Assembly: GCA_946615965.1 (NCBI GenBank)
Contig: CAMOIC010000003.1
Coordinates: 1-63,192, forward strand
Length of the DNA: 63,192 nt
From: an uncultured Clostridia bacterium
Lineage (GTDB): Bacteria; Bacillota; Clostridia; Christensenellales; UBA3700
Direction: 5' to 3'
Positions 27,707 through 37,406 of the stretch are shown piece after piece. The notes under the pieces were generated by a model. It did no database searches. It was not told where the DNA came from and worked only from the letters and a program-made list of their open reading frames with translations. Within the stretch, counting starts at the first letter, position 1; each line of letters starts with the position of its first letter. Both the position numbers and the translations under genes were made by a program.

Positions 27707-28589
27707 ATCTTTTATTCCACCTTTGTATTGATTCTTTATAAAGTTGTAGATATCTATCATATCTATCCTTGGACAAAAGTCCCTTATTTACTGCATCTTT
27801 GACACCACAAACATCCTCGTCAACATGTCTACAACTACCCTTGAATTTACAGTTTGGAACAAACTCATCAAAATCCACGAAATAACTAGCAAGTTCCGCA
27901 GGATCTGCTACTGGCATCATTAATTTATCAAAGCCACAAGTATCCGCGATTTTTGTGCCATCTTCAAGCTTAATAATCTCAACATGTCTTGTTGTATTTT
28001 TACCTCTTTCACTATGTGAAGAAATTTCGCCTGTTTCCATAACTTCTTGACCAATCATCGTATTAATAAACGTTGATTTTCCAACAGCAGATTGACCAGC
28101 AAGAGCATAGAATTTTCCTTTAACTAACGCTTTTAGCTCATCACTGCCTTTTCCCTTCAAAGCGTCGATTTCAAGGACAGTTGCAAGAGTTGAGTAGTCA
28201 GTTTTTACGCGTTCCACAAGTTTTGTGAAACCGTCCAAATCAGGCTTATTTACGCAAATTATTGCTTTTATACCTTGTGCTACAGCACCAATTATCAATT
28301 TATCAATTAGAAGGAAGTTTGGCTCTGGAATTGGAGACACAACAATAATAATTCCATCAATGTTTGAAACATAAGGTCTTATTAGTTGAGAAGTTCTAGG
28401 TTTAACCTTTTCAATAACGCCTTCTTTTTTATCGTTATAATTAGCCTCAACGTAATCTCCGATAAACAAATCACCGCCATTAACTCTTAATTTACCACGA
28501 GCTTTACATCTAATGATTTCACCATTAGTAAGTTCAACTGTATATAAACCGCCAACGCCTTTTATGATTTGTCCTTCACTGATTGCCAT
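27699..28589 (-). CDS. rsgA: Ribosome small subunit-dependent GTPase A
   Basis: NKPDL, GQSAVGKST, GKNTT, DTCG and the C.F..C.H...C zinc site. Confidence 0.94.
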   Translation of the reverse strand: MAISEGQIIKGVGGLYTVELTNGEIIRCKARGKLRVNGGDLFIGDYVEANYNDKKEGVIEKVKPRTSQLIRPYVSNIDGIIIVVSPIPEPNFLLIDKLIIGAVAQGIKAIICVNKPDLDGFTKLVERVKTDYSTLATVLEIDALKGKGSDELKALVKGKFYALAGQSAVGKSTFINTMIGQEVMETGEISSHSERGKNTTRHVEIIKLEDGTKIADTCGFDKLMMPVADPAELASYFVDFDEFVPNCKFKGSCRHVDEDVCGVKDAVNKGLLSKDRYDRYLQLYKESIQRWNKRYD

Positions 28590-29632
28590 TATTCACCCAT
28601 CTTTAAGTATTTTCTTCTTAATTGTCCGCATGCACCTTCTATATCTGCACCCATCGTCCTTCTTATTGTACAACTTATCTTATTCTTATTTAAGACGTCC
28701 ATAAATGTCTTTATATTGTCTTTACTAGCAGAATGTAATCCTCTTTCCTTTACATAATTTAGAGGGATTAGATTAACGTGAGCTGGAACACCACGAAGAA
28801 GTCTAGATAATTTTTGAGCTTCTTCAACATTGTCATTCTTCCCGTTAATCATTGAATATTCAAAAACAATTCTTCTACCTGTTTTATCGAAGTAATATTT
28901 TACAGCCTTCATTATGTCTTCAACTTTAAACTTTTTAGTTATAGGCATAATTGTTTCTCTAGTTTCATTATCTGGAGCATGCAATGAAATTGTCAATGTT
29001 AATGTAAATCCATCATCCGCAAGCTTATAGATTTTATCGCAAACACCACATGTAGACAATGAAATATTTCTCATAGAAATATTCAATCCTTCTTCCGCAT
29101 TAACTAGGCGTAAGAATTTTGTTACATTATCATAATTATCCATTGGTTCGCCGCTACCCATTAAAACAATGTTTGTTATAGCTCTTTCATCTTTCTTTAC
29201 TAGATTGTCTCTATTTACAGCAACGACTTGTCCTAAGATTTCACCTGGAGTTAAATTTCTAACAAGACCATCAAGACCAGACGCGCAGAATGCACAGTTC
29301 ATTCTACATCCAACTTGAGTTGAAACACATATTGTGTTTCCATATTTATATTTCATCAAAACGCCTTCAATTACATTGCCATCTTCAAGCGAATAAATGT
29401 ATTTTTTAGTACCATCTAGTTTTGACTCTAAAACTTCTTCTATTTTAATAGCTTGATCTTTATATCCAGCATTCTTTAATTTCTCAATGAAAGACTTAGG
29501 AAGATTTGTCATTTCCTCATAATGAGCACCTTTAGTTACCCATTCAAAAAGTTGCTTGGCTCTAAATTGAGGCTCACCAAGTTCTTTTACGATATCTGTT
29601 ATCTCTTTTAATGAATAATCTAATAGTTGCAT
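28589..29632 (-). CDS. rlmN: 23S rRNA/tRNA A2503/A37 C2-methyltransferase
   Basis: CVSTQVGC...CAFC, MGSGEP.DN, SLHA and ACGQL motifs. Confidence 0.95.
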   Translation of the reverse strand: MQLLDYSLKEITDIVKELGEPQFRAKQLFEWVTKGAHYEEMTNLPKSFIEKLKNAGYKDQAIKIEEVLESKLDGTKKYIYSLEDGNVIEGVLMKYKYGNTICVSTQVGCRMNCAFCASGLDGLVRNLTPGEILGQVVAVNRDNLVKKDERAITNIVLMGSGEPMDNYDNVTKFLRLVNAEEGLNISMRNISLSTCGVCDKIYKLADDGFTLTLTISLHAPDNETRETIMPITKKFKVEDIMKAVKYYFDKTGRRIVFEYSMINGKNDNVEEAQKLSRLLRGVPAHVNLIPLNYVKERGLHSASKDNIKTFMDVLNKNKISCTIRRTMGADIEGACGQLRRKYLKMGE

Positions 29633-30852
29633 TAAACCCTCGTCATCTTATGGATATAGAATCCATCAAGTCCTTCTTTATTTGGCAATAACTGTATTTC
29701 TTCAACGCTCTTAAAATCTTTGTTATCTTTTAAGAACTTCTTAACGTTATTTTGGTTTTCTTCTCTTAGAATTGTGCAAGTAGAATATACTAACACGCCA
29801 CCTTTTTTAACGTACTTTGCAGCATTGCATAATATCTTATATTGGATTTCACTTAAATCCTTTATATCCTTATCTGAGATATCTAAATAAATATCTGGTT
29901 TTCTATTTGCTACTCCAAGTCCAGAACAAGGAACATCTGCAAGAACCTTATCAAACTTATCTACAAATTCTTCATTTAAAATAGTAGCATCATTTAATTT
30001 AATACTAATTCCTTGAGCCCCCATTCTGTTTATATAGCTCTTGATTAAATCGAGTCTATGTTCATGAATATCACAAGAAACAATATCTACATTTGCAAGT
30101 TCTGACATATAAATAGATTTACCACCAGGAGCTGAACATAAATCCAAAATCTTATCTCCATCATTTGGTGCTAAAACCTCGCACGCTTTCATTGAAGATA
30201 AAGATTGAATTGTTATCTTTCCACAAGCATATAAATCTTTTACAACTTTATCATTCTTTGCGTAGATAGAATTATTTGTTGAAGGAACAAAATCTTTGAT
30301 TTTGTCTTCTATTTCTTTCATTGTTGATTTTCTAGAATTCACTCTAACATGTTCTAGTTCAAAATTAGGCAACATAAGGAATTCTTTTGCTTTTTCATAG
30401 CCATATTGATTACACAATTTCTTAACTATAAACAAAGGAGTTGATGACTCAATTGATAATGCTAAGAATTTATCTTTTGGCATTTCGAATTCTGTTGTTG
30501 AGAACTTCTTTAAAGTCGCATTAACAAAGCCTTTAACTTCTCTTTTCCCAACGCTCTCACATAAAGAAACTGTATTAGAAACAGCAGCATATGTTGGCAT
30601 AGAATTCATATACTTAACAAGATACATTCCTATCTTTAAAAGAATAATTATTGCATTCTTTGGTTTTTTTGAAACCAATGTGTCAATATAGTAATTAAAT
30701 TGTGTATCCTTTTCTAAAACACCATAAACAAGATTTGTAACAAACTTTGGATTCTCAGCATCTTTTATTTTGTTAGATAACTCTAAAGCTGCATATGCTT
30801 TATTAACGTATATCTCTTTCAAAATGCTGTAAGAAAGTTCCAAATCTTTCAT
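29632..30852 (-). CDS. rsmB: 16S rRNA (C967) methyltransferase with NusB-like N-domain
   Basis: DLCSAPGGKS, DVPCSG.G and YSTCT motifs. Confidence 0.9.
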   Translation of the reverse strand: MKDLELSYSILKEIYVNKAYAALELSNKIKDAENPKFVTNLVYGVLEKDTQFNYYIDTLVSKKPKNAIIILLKIGMYLVKYMNSMPTYAAVSNTVSLCESVGKREVKGFVNATLKKFSTTEFEMPKDKFLALSIESSTPLFIVKKLCNQYGYEKAKEFLMLPNFELEHVRVNSRKSTMKEIEDKIKDFVPSTNNSIYAKNDKVVKDLYACGKITIQSLSSMKACEVLAPNDGDKILDLCSAPGGKSIYMSELANVDIVSCDIHEHRLDLIKSYINRMGAQGISIKLNDATILNEEFVDKFDKVLADVPCSGLGVANRKPDIYLDISDKDIKDLSEIQYKILCNAAKYVKKGGVLVYSTCTILREENQNNVKKFLKDNKDFKSVEEIQLLPNKEGLDGFYIHKMTRV

Positions 30853-30853
30853 A

Positions 30854-31777
30854 TTAATTTAGCGACGCTCCCTTTAAATCATAGCCAAGAATAAACTCTT
30901 CAATTGGCATCCTCTTTTTTCCTTCTAGTTGTACTTCTAAAAGCTTAATGACTTTGTCCTTACAGAACACACCATATGACTTACTTGAAAGTTCAATTAC
31001 ATCGCCTGGCTTAAATCCATTATTATGAACATCCACAATATCTACTTTATGAATCTTGAACATCTTTCCATTTAATGTGCAATAAGCAGATGGCCATGGA
31101 TTCATTCCGTAAACTTTATGAAATATTGTATTCGCATCCTCATTCCAATCTATAAGACCATTACTTTTTTCAAGTTTTGGACAGTGAGTTGCTTCCTCTT
31201 CATTTTGTTTAACAAACACCGCTTTACCATTTTCGATTAAATCCATCGCCTCTAACAATACGTCTGGGGCAATTATAGCCAATCTGTCGAATAATTCACC
31301 TGCGGTTTCATATTTACCTATTTCTACTTCTTTTTGCAAAATCATGTCGCCACAATCAATCCCAAGAGCTGTTTGCATTATTGTTATTCCAGTCTTAGTT
31401 TCGCCATTAATGACACTCCATTGAATTGGGGCTGATCCTCTATACTTTGGAAGCAGTGAACCATGAACATTTATAACGCCATATTTTGCAATGTCTAATA
31501 TCTCTTGAGATATTATTTGACCATAAGCACAAGTAACCATAATATCTGGATTAAGTGCCTTTAAATCTTCAACACCTTCTAGTCTAATTTTGTTGTATTG
31601 AAGAACTTTAATATTATGTTTAAGAGCTTCTTCTTTAACAGGAGATGGAGTTACAACTCTTCTATCTCTTTCTTTATCCGGTTGTGTAACAACCGCCAAA
31701 ACCTCATGCTTTGAATTAATCAAAGCTCTAAGAGTTGGAACTGCGAAATCTGGTGTACCTAAGAATACTACTCTCAT
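30854..31777 (-). CDS. fmt: Methionyl-tRNA formyltransferase
   Basis: F.GTPDFA, VVTQPD and NVHGSLLP.YRG.APIQW motifs. Confidence 0.96.
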   Translation of the reverse strand: MRVVFLGTPDFAVPTLRALINSKHEVLAVVTQPDKERDRRVVTPSPVKEEALKHNIKVLQYNKIRLEGVEDLKALNPDIMVTCAYGQIISQEILDIAKYGVINVHGSLLPKYRGSAPIQWSVINGETKTGITIMQTALGIDCGDMILQKEVEIGKYETAGELFDRLAIIAPDVLLEAMDLIENGKAVFVKQNEEEATHCPKLEKSNGLIDWNEDANTIFHKVYGMNPWPSAYCTLNGKMFKIHKVDIVDVHNNGFKPGDVIELSSKSYGVFCKDKVIKLLEVQLEGKKRMPIEEFILGYDLKGASLN

Positions 31778-32223
31778 TATTTACCTGAATACTCCTTGTC
31801 GTAATAAAGAATTCCATCTAAGTGATCAATCTCATGACAGAAAATTCTGGCAATGAAATGTTCAACTGTAATTTCCTTCTTTGTGCCTTTTCTTGTTTGA
31901 TATTTACAAGTTACTTTATCTGGACGTAAAACATCACATGACTTACCTGGTACAGATAAACATCCTTCTGGTCCAATTTGTTCTCCTGAAGAAGAAACAA
32001 TAACTGGATTAACCATCTCTAAATAAAAGTCTTCAAACCATACGATAACAACTCTTTTTAATATTCCAACTTGAGGAGCAGCAAGGCCAACTCCATCTGC
32101 CTTCTTTAGAGTGTCTTTCATATCGTCTAATAACTTAGCTAATTTATCGTCAAATACTTCTACTTCACGACAACGCTTTCTTAATACTGCATTTCCATCA
32201 ACAACTATATCTCTTAATGCCAT
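31777..32223 (-). CDS. def: Peptide deformylase
   Basis: GVGLAAPQVG, EGCLS and HEIDHLDG motifs. Confidence 0.96.
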   Translation of the reverse strand: MALRDIVVDGNAVLRKRCREVEVFDDKLAKLLDDMKDTLKKADGVGLAAPQVGILKRVVIVWFEDFYLEMVNPVIVSSSGEQIGPEGCLSVPGKSCDVLRPDKVTCKYQTRKGTKKEITVEHFIARIFCHEIDHLDGILYYDKEYSGK

Positions 32224-32231
32224 ATTATCTC

Positions 32232-34427
32232 CTAAATCATGCTTTGCGGATCTTGTTCAACAAACACGCTAGCATCTTTCTTATCTATTTCATTTAAAAT
32301 ATCATAAAACTCTTTTAGAGTTTCAAGCTCATTTTCTTTACTAATTCTCATGACAATTTGATATCTGAAATTATCTTGAATCTTAGTTATATGAGCTTCT
32401 GAGCCCGCAAGAGAGATGATATGTTTATCTTTCTCTTTTAAAGCTCTAATCTTCATGTATATATCTCGAGCAATCTCTCTAGCTTTTTCCATTTTTTCAT
32501 GTGTAATCATAATTCTTATAATTGACACAAATGGTGGGAAATTAGTAGTCTCACGAATATTAATTTCTCTATTATAAAAGTCCTTGTAACTATAATTCGT
32601 TGCAAATCTATACACATAATTTGCCGGCGAATATGTTTGTAATATTACATGACCTTCTTTATCTGCTCTTCCAGCTCTTCCTGACATTTGAGTAACCAAT
32701 TGGAATGTTCTTTCTGTTGATCTATAGTCTTGTTGATATAAACCAAGATCTGCATCTACAAGTCCAACTAGTGTTACATTACCAAAGTCATGACCTTTTG
32801 CTATCATTTGAGTTCCTACAAGAATTTGTGCTTTGTTATCCGCAAATTCTCTTAAAACCTCAACCATAGCATCTTTCTTAGTTTTTGTTTCAGAATCCAA
32901 TTTTAGGATCTTAACTTCTGGGAAAAGTTTATGTAATTCTTCTACTACAGTTTCTGTTCCCATTTTTCCAAATCCCATTTCGTGTGAATGACAATTTGGA
33001 CACTCAGAAAGCATATTATAACTAGTTCCACAATAATGACACTTCAACTTGTTTTCTTTCTTGTGATAAGTCAAAGAAACTTCACAGTGTTTACATGTTG
33101 GAACATAGCCACATTTTTTACATCTTAAGAAAGAAGAATAGCCAAGTCTATTAATCAAAATCATGGCTTGTTCGCCTCTTTCCATCGTCTTTTTAAGTTC
33201 ATCTTGCATTGCTCTTGAGAACATAGAATTATTTCCGCGAAGGATTTCATCCTTCATATCTATAATCTCAATCTTAGGCAATCCCTTATCAGAGATTCTT
33301 TTATCCATCTTTACAAGCTCATATTCTCCATCTAAAGCCTTCTTGTATGTTTCTATAGAAGGAGTAGCTGAACCTAAAACCACTTTTGCATTATTATATT
33401 GAGCTCTAAATCTAGCAACTTCTAATACTCTATATCTTGGATTTGTCTCGCTAACATAACTTGAATCATGTTCCTCATCTACAACGATTAATCCAACATT
33501 CTGAACAGGCGCAAATATTGCAGATCTAGCACCAACAACAATTCTTGCATCCCCAAGTAATAACTTCTTCCATTCATCAAACTTCTCGCCATCGCTAAGT
33601 CCGCTATGAAGAACAGCTACCTGGTCTCCAAATTCGCCTCTAAAATTCATTAACATTTGAGGTGTTAGTGAAATTTCAGGCACTAGCATAATTGCTGTTT
33701 TTCCTTCCTTTAAGCACTTCTTAATTGCTTGCATATAAACAACAGTTTTTCCTGAACCTGTAACTCCATGTAGTAAAACTACATCTTTACTAGTTGAGAA
33801 GATTGTTTTTATAGCATTCTCTTGTGCAGGTTTTAAATCAACATCTTTTGATTTAACCTCAATATTCTTTAAAGGAACTCTATCTATCTTTTTTAGCTCT
33901 TTTAGAGCTATTTCTTTCTTAATTAGTGTATTAACAGCAGATGCTCCATATAAGAAATTTAATTCACTTAGGAACTTGCCGCCATCTTTTAATTCTTCAA
34001 CAATTTGTAATTGTTTTTCAGATTTTCTTGTAAGCTTTGCCTTTATTTCGTCTAAAGATAAGTTTGGATTTAGCGTTATATAATATCTTGCCAAATCTCT
34101 TACTTTTCCCGTTCTTAATGCAGATGGAATAAATAATCTTAAAACATCAGCATACTTTAAGAAGAATCTTTGTTTCATATAGTGCATTAGTTCCAACATC
34201 TCTGGAGTAAAACACTTATATTCGCCAATTACACTAATTATCTCTTTTAGTTCATACTTGCCATCATAAGTCTCAGCCAAGTCAACACAAAAACCTTCTG
34301 TTTGTGTTTTACCAAAAGGGACAACTACTCTATCTCCTTTTTCTACAACTAATTCATCTGGGATTAAGTAATCAAAAACTCTATCAATATCGTTAGCAGA
34401 TCTATCTATTACTACCTTTGCAATCAT
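32232..34427 (-). CDS. priA: Primosomal protein N'
   Basis: GVTGSGKT, DEEHD, SATPS, two CxxC pairs and GTQMIAKG.DF. Confidence 0.96.
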   Translation of the reverse strand: MIAKVVIDRSANDIDRVFDYLIPDELVVEKGDRVVVPFGKTQTEGFCVDLAETYDGKYELKEIISVIGEYKCFTPEMLELMHYMKQRFFLKYADVLRLFIPSALRTGKVRDLARYYITLNPNLSLDEIKAKLTRKSEKQLQIVEELKDGGKFLSELNFLYGASAVNTLIKKEIALKELKKIDRVPLKNIEVKSKDVDLKPAQENAIKTIFSTSKDVVLLHGVTGSGKTVVYMQAIKKCLKEGKTAIMLVPEISLTPQMLMNFRGEFGDQVAVLHSGLSDGEKFDEWKKLLLGDARIVVGARSAIFAPVQNVGLIVVDEEHDSSYVSETNPRYRVLEVARFRAQYNNAKVVLGSATPSIETYKKALDGEYELVKMDKRISDKGLPKIEIIDMKDEILRGNNSMFSRAMQDELKKTMERGEQAMILINRLGYSSFLRCKKCGYVPTCKHCEVSLTYHKKENKLKCHYCGTSYNMLSECPNCHSHEMGFGKMGTETVVEELHKLFPEVKILKLDSETKTKKDAMVEVLREFADNKAQILVGTQMIAKGHDFGNVTLVGLVDADLGLYQQDYRSTERTFQLVTQMSGRAGRADKEGHVILQTYSPANYVYRFATNYSYKDFYNREINIRETTNFPPFVSIIRIMITHEKMEKAREIARDIYMKIRALKEKDKHIISLAGSEAHITKIQDNFRYQIVMRISKENELETLKEFYDILNEIDKKDASVFVEQDPQSMI

Positions 34428-35608
34428 AGCTTACTAACTTCATCTAAAATAACTTCTGCAACTTCGCTCTTTTTCATAAGTGGATATTCTTTTGATGTTC
34501 CATCTTTCTTAGCAATAGTTACAATGTTAGTGTCAACATCAAATCCTGCACCTTTTTGAGTAACATCATTTGCTACTACCATATCTGCATTCTTTGACTT
34601 TATTTTCTTTAATGCACTTGCCATAAGATCAGTGGTTTCTGCACAGAAAATAACAAGTTTTCTATTTCCTTTAACCTTTCCAACTTCCTTAGCTATATCT
34701 GGATTCTTTATCAGAGATAAAGTAAGGTTTTCATCTTTAATCTTATTGTCAAATTTATTTTCTACAGCATAATCACTAGGAGCTGCTGCTTTAATAATTA
34801 CATCACACGCTTCGTACGCGCCCATAACAGCATCCAACATTTGCTTTGTTGTTTCTACTGGAATAACGTTTGTTATATACGCTGGAACGTCTACGCTTAC
34901 AAGACCTTTAACAAGAACTACCTCGCCGCCTCTTTTTACAACAGCTTTTGCGATTTCCATTCCCATTTTGCCAGATGATTTATTTGTAATAAATCTTACT
35001 CCATCAATAGGCTCTCTTGTAGCGCCACATGTAATCAATACTTTCTTTCCTTTGAAATCTTGCTTTGGATGAAGAATCTCAACGATATTTGAAACAATAT
35101 CTTGAGGGTCAGCAAGTTTGCCAACACCTACATCACCACAAGCTAAACGACCACAATCTGGGCTAACAAATATAAATCCTCTCTTTTTTAGAGTCTCAAT
35201 ATTTTGTTGAGTGATTGGGTTTAAGAACATGTTTGTGTTCATAGCTGGTGCTATAAGCACAGGACAAGTCATAGCTAACACTGTTGTTGTCAACATATCA
35301 TCTGCAATTCCAGCAGCTAATTTTGCTATTACATTTGCTGTAGCTGGTGCAATAACACAAAGTGACGCTTTCTTTGCAAGTGATATATGTTCAACTTCAA
35401 ATGTTTTCTTAGGTGCAAACATATCTACGCTAACTGGATTTGATGATAATGTTTCAAAAGTAAGTGGTTGAACGAATTCAGCCGCATTCTTTGTCATTAT
35501 TACATCAACATTTGCATTTAGCTTTCTTAAGCGAGAAACAATATCACATGCCTTATAACATGCAATACCGCCACTTACTCCTAGAACTATGTTTTCACCT
35601 TTTAGCAC
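34424..35608 (-). CDS. coaBC: Bifunctional phosphopantothenoylcysteine decarboxylase/synthase
   Basis: GGIACYK, APAMN..M, ITNKSSGKMG and VANDV motifs. Confidence 0.96.
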   Translation of the reverse strand: MLKGENIVLGVSGGIACYKACDIVSRLRKLNANVDVIMTKNAAEFVQPLTFETLSSNPVSVDMFAPKKTFEVEHISLAKKASLCVIAPATANVIAKLAAGIADDMLTTTVLAMTCPVLIAPAMNTNMFLNPITQQNIETLKKRGFIFVSPDCGRLACGDVGVGKLADPQDIVSNIVEILHPKQDFKGKKVLITCGATREPIDGVRFITNKSSGKMGMEIAKAVVKRGGEVVLVKGLVSVDVPAYITNVIPVETTKQMLDAVMGAYEACDVIIKAAAPSDYAVENKFDNKIKDENLTLSLIKNPDIAKEVGKVKGNRKLVIFCAETTDLMASALKKIKSKNADMVVANDVTQKGAGFDVDTNIVTIAKKDGTSKEYPLMKKSEVAEVILDEVSKL

Positions 35609-35610
35609 TA

Positions 35611-35808
35611 TTACTCTCCAACTCTAATTTCGATTTCGTCGTTATAAACTTCTTTAGCAGCTAAAGAAATTGACTTCATACCAGAATTCTTTAAAGTATC
35701 TTGTTCCTTTGTTTCTAATTCCTTTGCTCTTTTTGCAACACCAACTACTAATGCATATCTACATGGTGCTTTCTTAATTAACTTGTCGATTGGTGGATCG
35801 ATCATCAT
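35611..35808 (-). CDS. rpoZ: RNA polymerase omega subunit
   Basis: P.IDKL......RY.LV..VAKRAK, located between gmk and coaBC. Confidence 0.9.
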   Translation of the reverse strand: MMIDPPIDKLIKKAPCRYALVVGVAKRAKELETKEQDTLKNSGMKSISLAAKEVYNDEIEIRVGE

Positions 35809-36422
35809 AATGCGTTACCTCCATTTGCTAAATTTTCTATAAATTCTCTATTAATTTTTGCTGAGCATTTTTCAGCTTTAATAATTGACACAACATCTTC
35901 GGCGCTTTCTTGGATATCGTTGTTTACAACAACATAACCATATCTTGTAGCTTGCTTAATTTCTCCAATAGCAGATGTTAATCTTACTCTTAAAGCTTCA
36001 GCAGTTTCGCTACCACGGCCTTTTAATCTTTCCTTTAATACATCCATCGAAGATGGGCATACAAAGATTGATACAGCATCAGGATATTTTCCAAGTACAT
36101 TAAATGCACCTTTAACATCTATTTCTAGAACAACATCCTTGCCTCTATTTAAGTTATCTATTACTTCGCTCTTTAAAGTTCCATAATAGTTTCCGTAATT
36201 ACATTCGTTTTCTAAAAATGCGTCTTGACGGCCAAGTTCAATAAATTCATCAACAGTTTTGAAATGATAATGAACTCCATCAATTTCGCCTGCTCTTGGT
36301 TGTCTTGTAGTAACAGAAACAGATACAGCTAAATTGTCATAACGTTTCTTTACTTCCGCTAAAACTGAGCCCTTTCCTGCTCCGCTTGGTCCAGACAAAA
36401 TAATTAATAAGCCTTTCTTCAT
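35805..36422 (-). CDS. gmk: Guanylate kinase
   Basis: SGPSGAGKG, S.TTR.PR.GE.DG.HY.F and GNYYGT motifs. Confidence 0.96.
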   Translation of the reverse strand: MKKGLLIILSGPSGAGKGSVLAEVKKRYDNLAVSVSVTTRQPRAGEIDGVHYHFKTVDEFIELGRQDAFLENECNYGNYYGTLKSEVIDNLNRGKDVVLEIDVKGAFNVLGKYPDAVSIFVCPSSMDVLKERLKGRGSETAEALRVRLTSAIGEIKQATRYGYVVVNNDIQESAEDVVSIIKAEKCSAKINREFIENLANGGNAL

Positions 36423-36435
36423 AATGGTAAATCCT

Positions 36436-37317
36436 TTACTCTATGTTTTGTATTTGTTCTCTAACTTTTTCAATCTCATTCTTTAATGCGATTACATTGT
36501 TAGATACTTCAATGTCATTGCATTTGCTTCCGCAAGTATTTGCTTCTCTATTCATTTCTTGAACAATGAAATCTAATTGCTTTCCTACAATTCCACCCTT
36601 ATTTATTATTTCTGTGAAATGAGCTACGTGACTCTTAAGTCTTTGTATTTCCTCATCAACACAAACCTTATCTGTGTACATAGCGACTTCATTAAGCATT
36701 CTAGCTTCGTCGATATTTACATCTTCTAGCATTTCCTTAATTCTTTCTCTAACTTTAACGAAGTGATTCTCAACCATTCCAGGAGCTGCAGCTTCAATCT
36801 TCTTAACAATTTCGTTAATTGTAGCAACTTTAGATACAACATCCTTTTCCATTGCTACACCTTCTGTTGCTCTCATCTTCTTAATGTTTGCAATAGCAGT
36901 ATTTAGTGCTTCTTCTAAAATGCTTAAAAGTAATTGTTCATCCTCTTCTTTTGGAGAATTCTTTACAACATCTGGTAGAGATAATACCTTGCTTGTTGTT
37001 AAATCATCTTTGATAAAACAATCTGAAGATACTTTCTTGGATGCTTCGATATAAGCGTTGATTAAATCATAATCAAAAGTGATTTGGTTCTTATCTTCTC
37101 TGTTGTCTTCGATATTAACGAAAATATCTACATGGCTTCTTGAGAAGTTCTCTTTCATGTCTTTTCTGATTGTATCTTCTGTGTAAGATAATACCTTTGG
37201 AAGTTTAATAGTTAAATCTAGAAAACGGTGATTTACAGATTTCAATTCTACGGTAATCTTGATACCGTCTTTTTCACAAACACCTTTTCCGTAACCTGTC
37301 ATGCTATTAACAGCCAT
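36436..37317 (-). CDS. YicC/YloC family endoribonuclease
   Basis: SMTGYG, E.KSVNHRFLD, EE..RL.SH and LDF..QEMNREANT motifs. Start set to 37317 from SD GAGGTG. Confidence 0.93.
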   Translation of the reverse strand: MAVNSMTGYGKGVCEKDGIKITVELKSVNHRFLDLTIKLPKVLSYTEDTIRKDMKENFSRSHVDIFVNIEDNREDKNQITFDYDLINAYIEASKKVSSDCFIKDDLTTSKVLSLPDVVKNSPKEEDEQLLLSILEEALNTAIANIKKMRATEGVAMEKDVVSKVATINEIVKKIEAAAPGMVENHFVKVRERIKEMLEDVNIDEARMLNEVAMYTDKVCVDEEIQRLKSHVAHFTEIINKGGIVGKQLDFIVQEMNREANTCGSKCNDIEVSNNVIALKNEIEKVREQIQNIE

Positions 37318-37406
37318 AAACACCTCGTTGTTAAATTATGTAACTTGTATAATACCACAAGCACATAAAATTAACAAGCGCGTGAGCATAAATATATTTA
37401 TATAAA

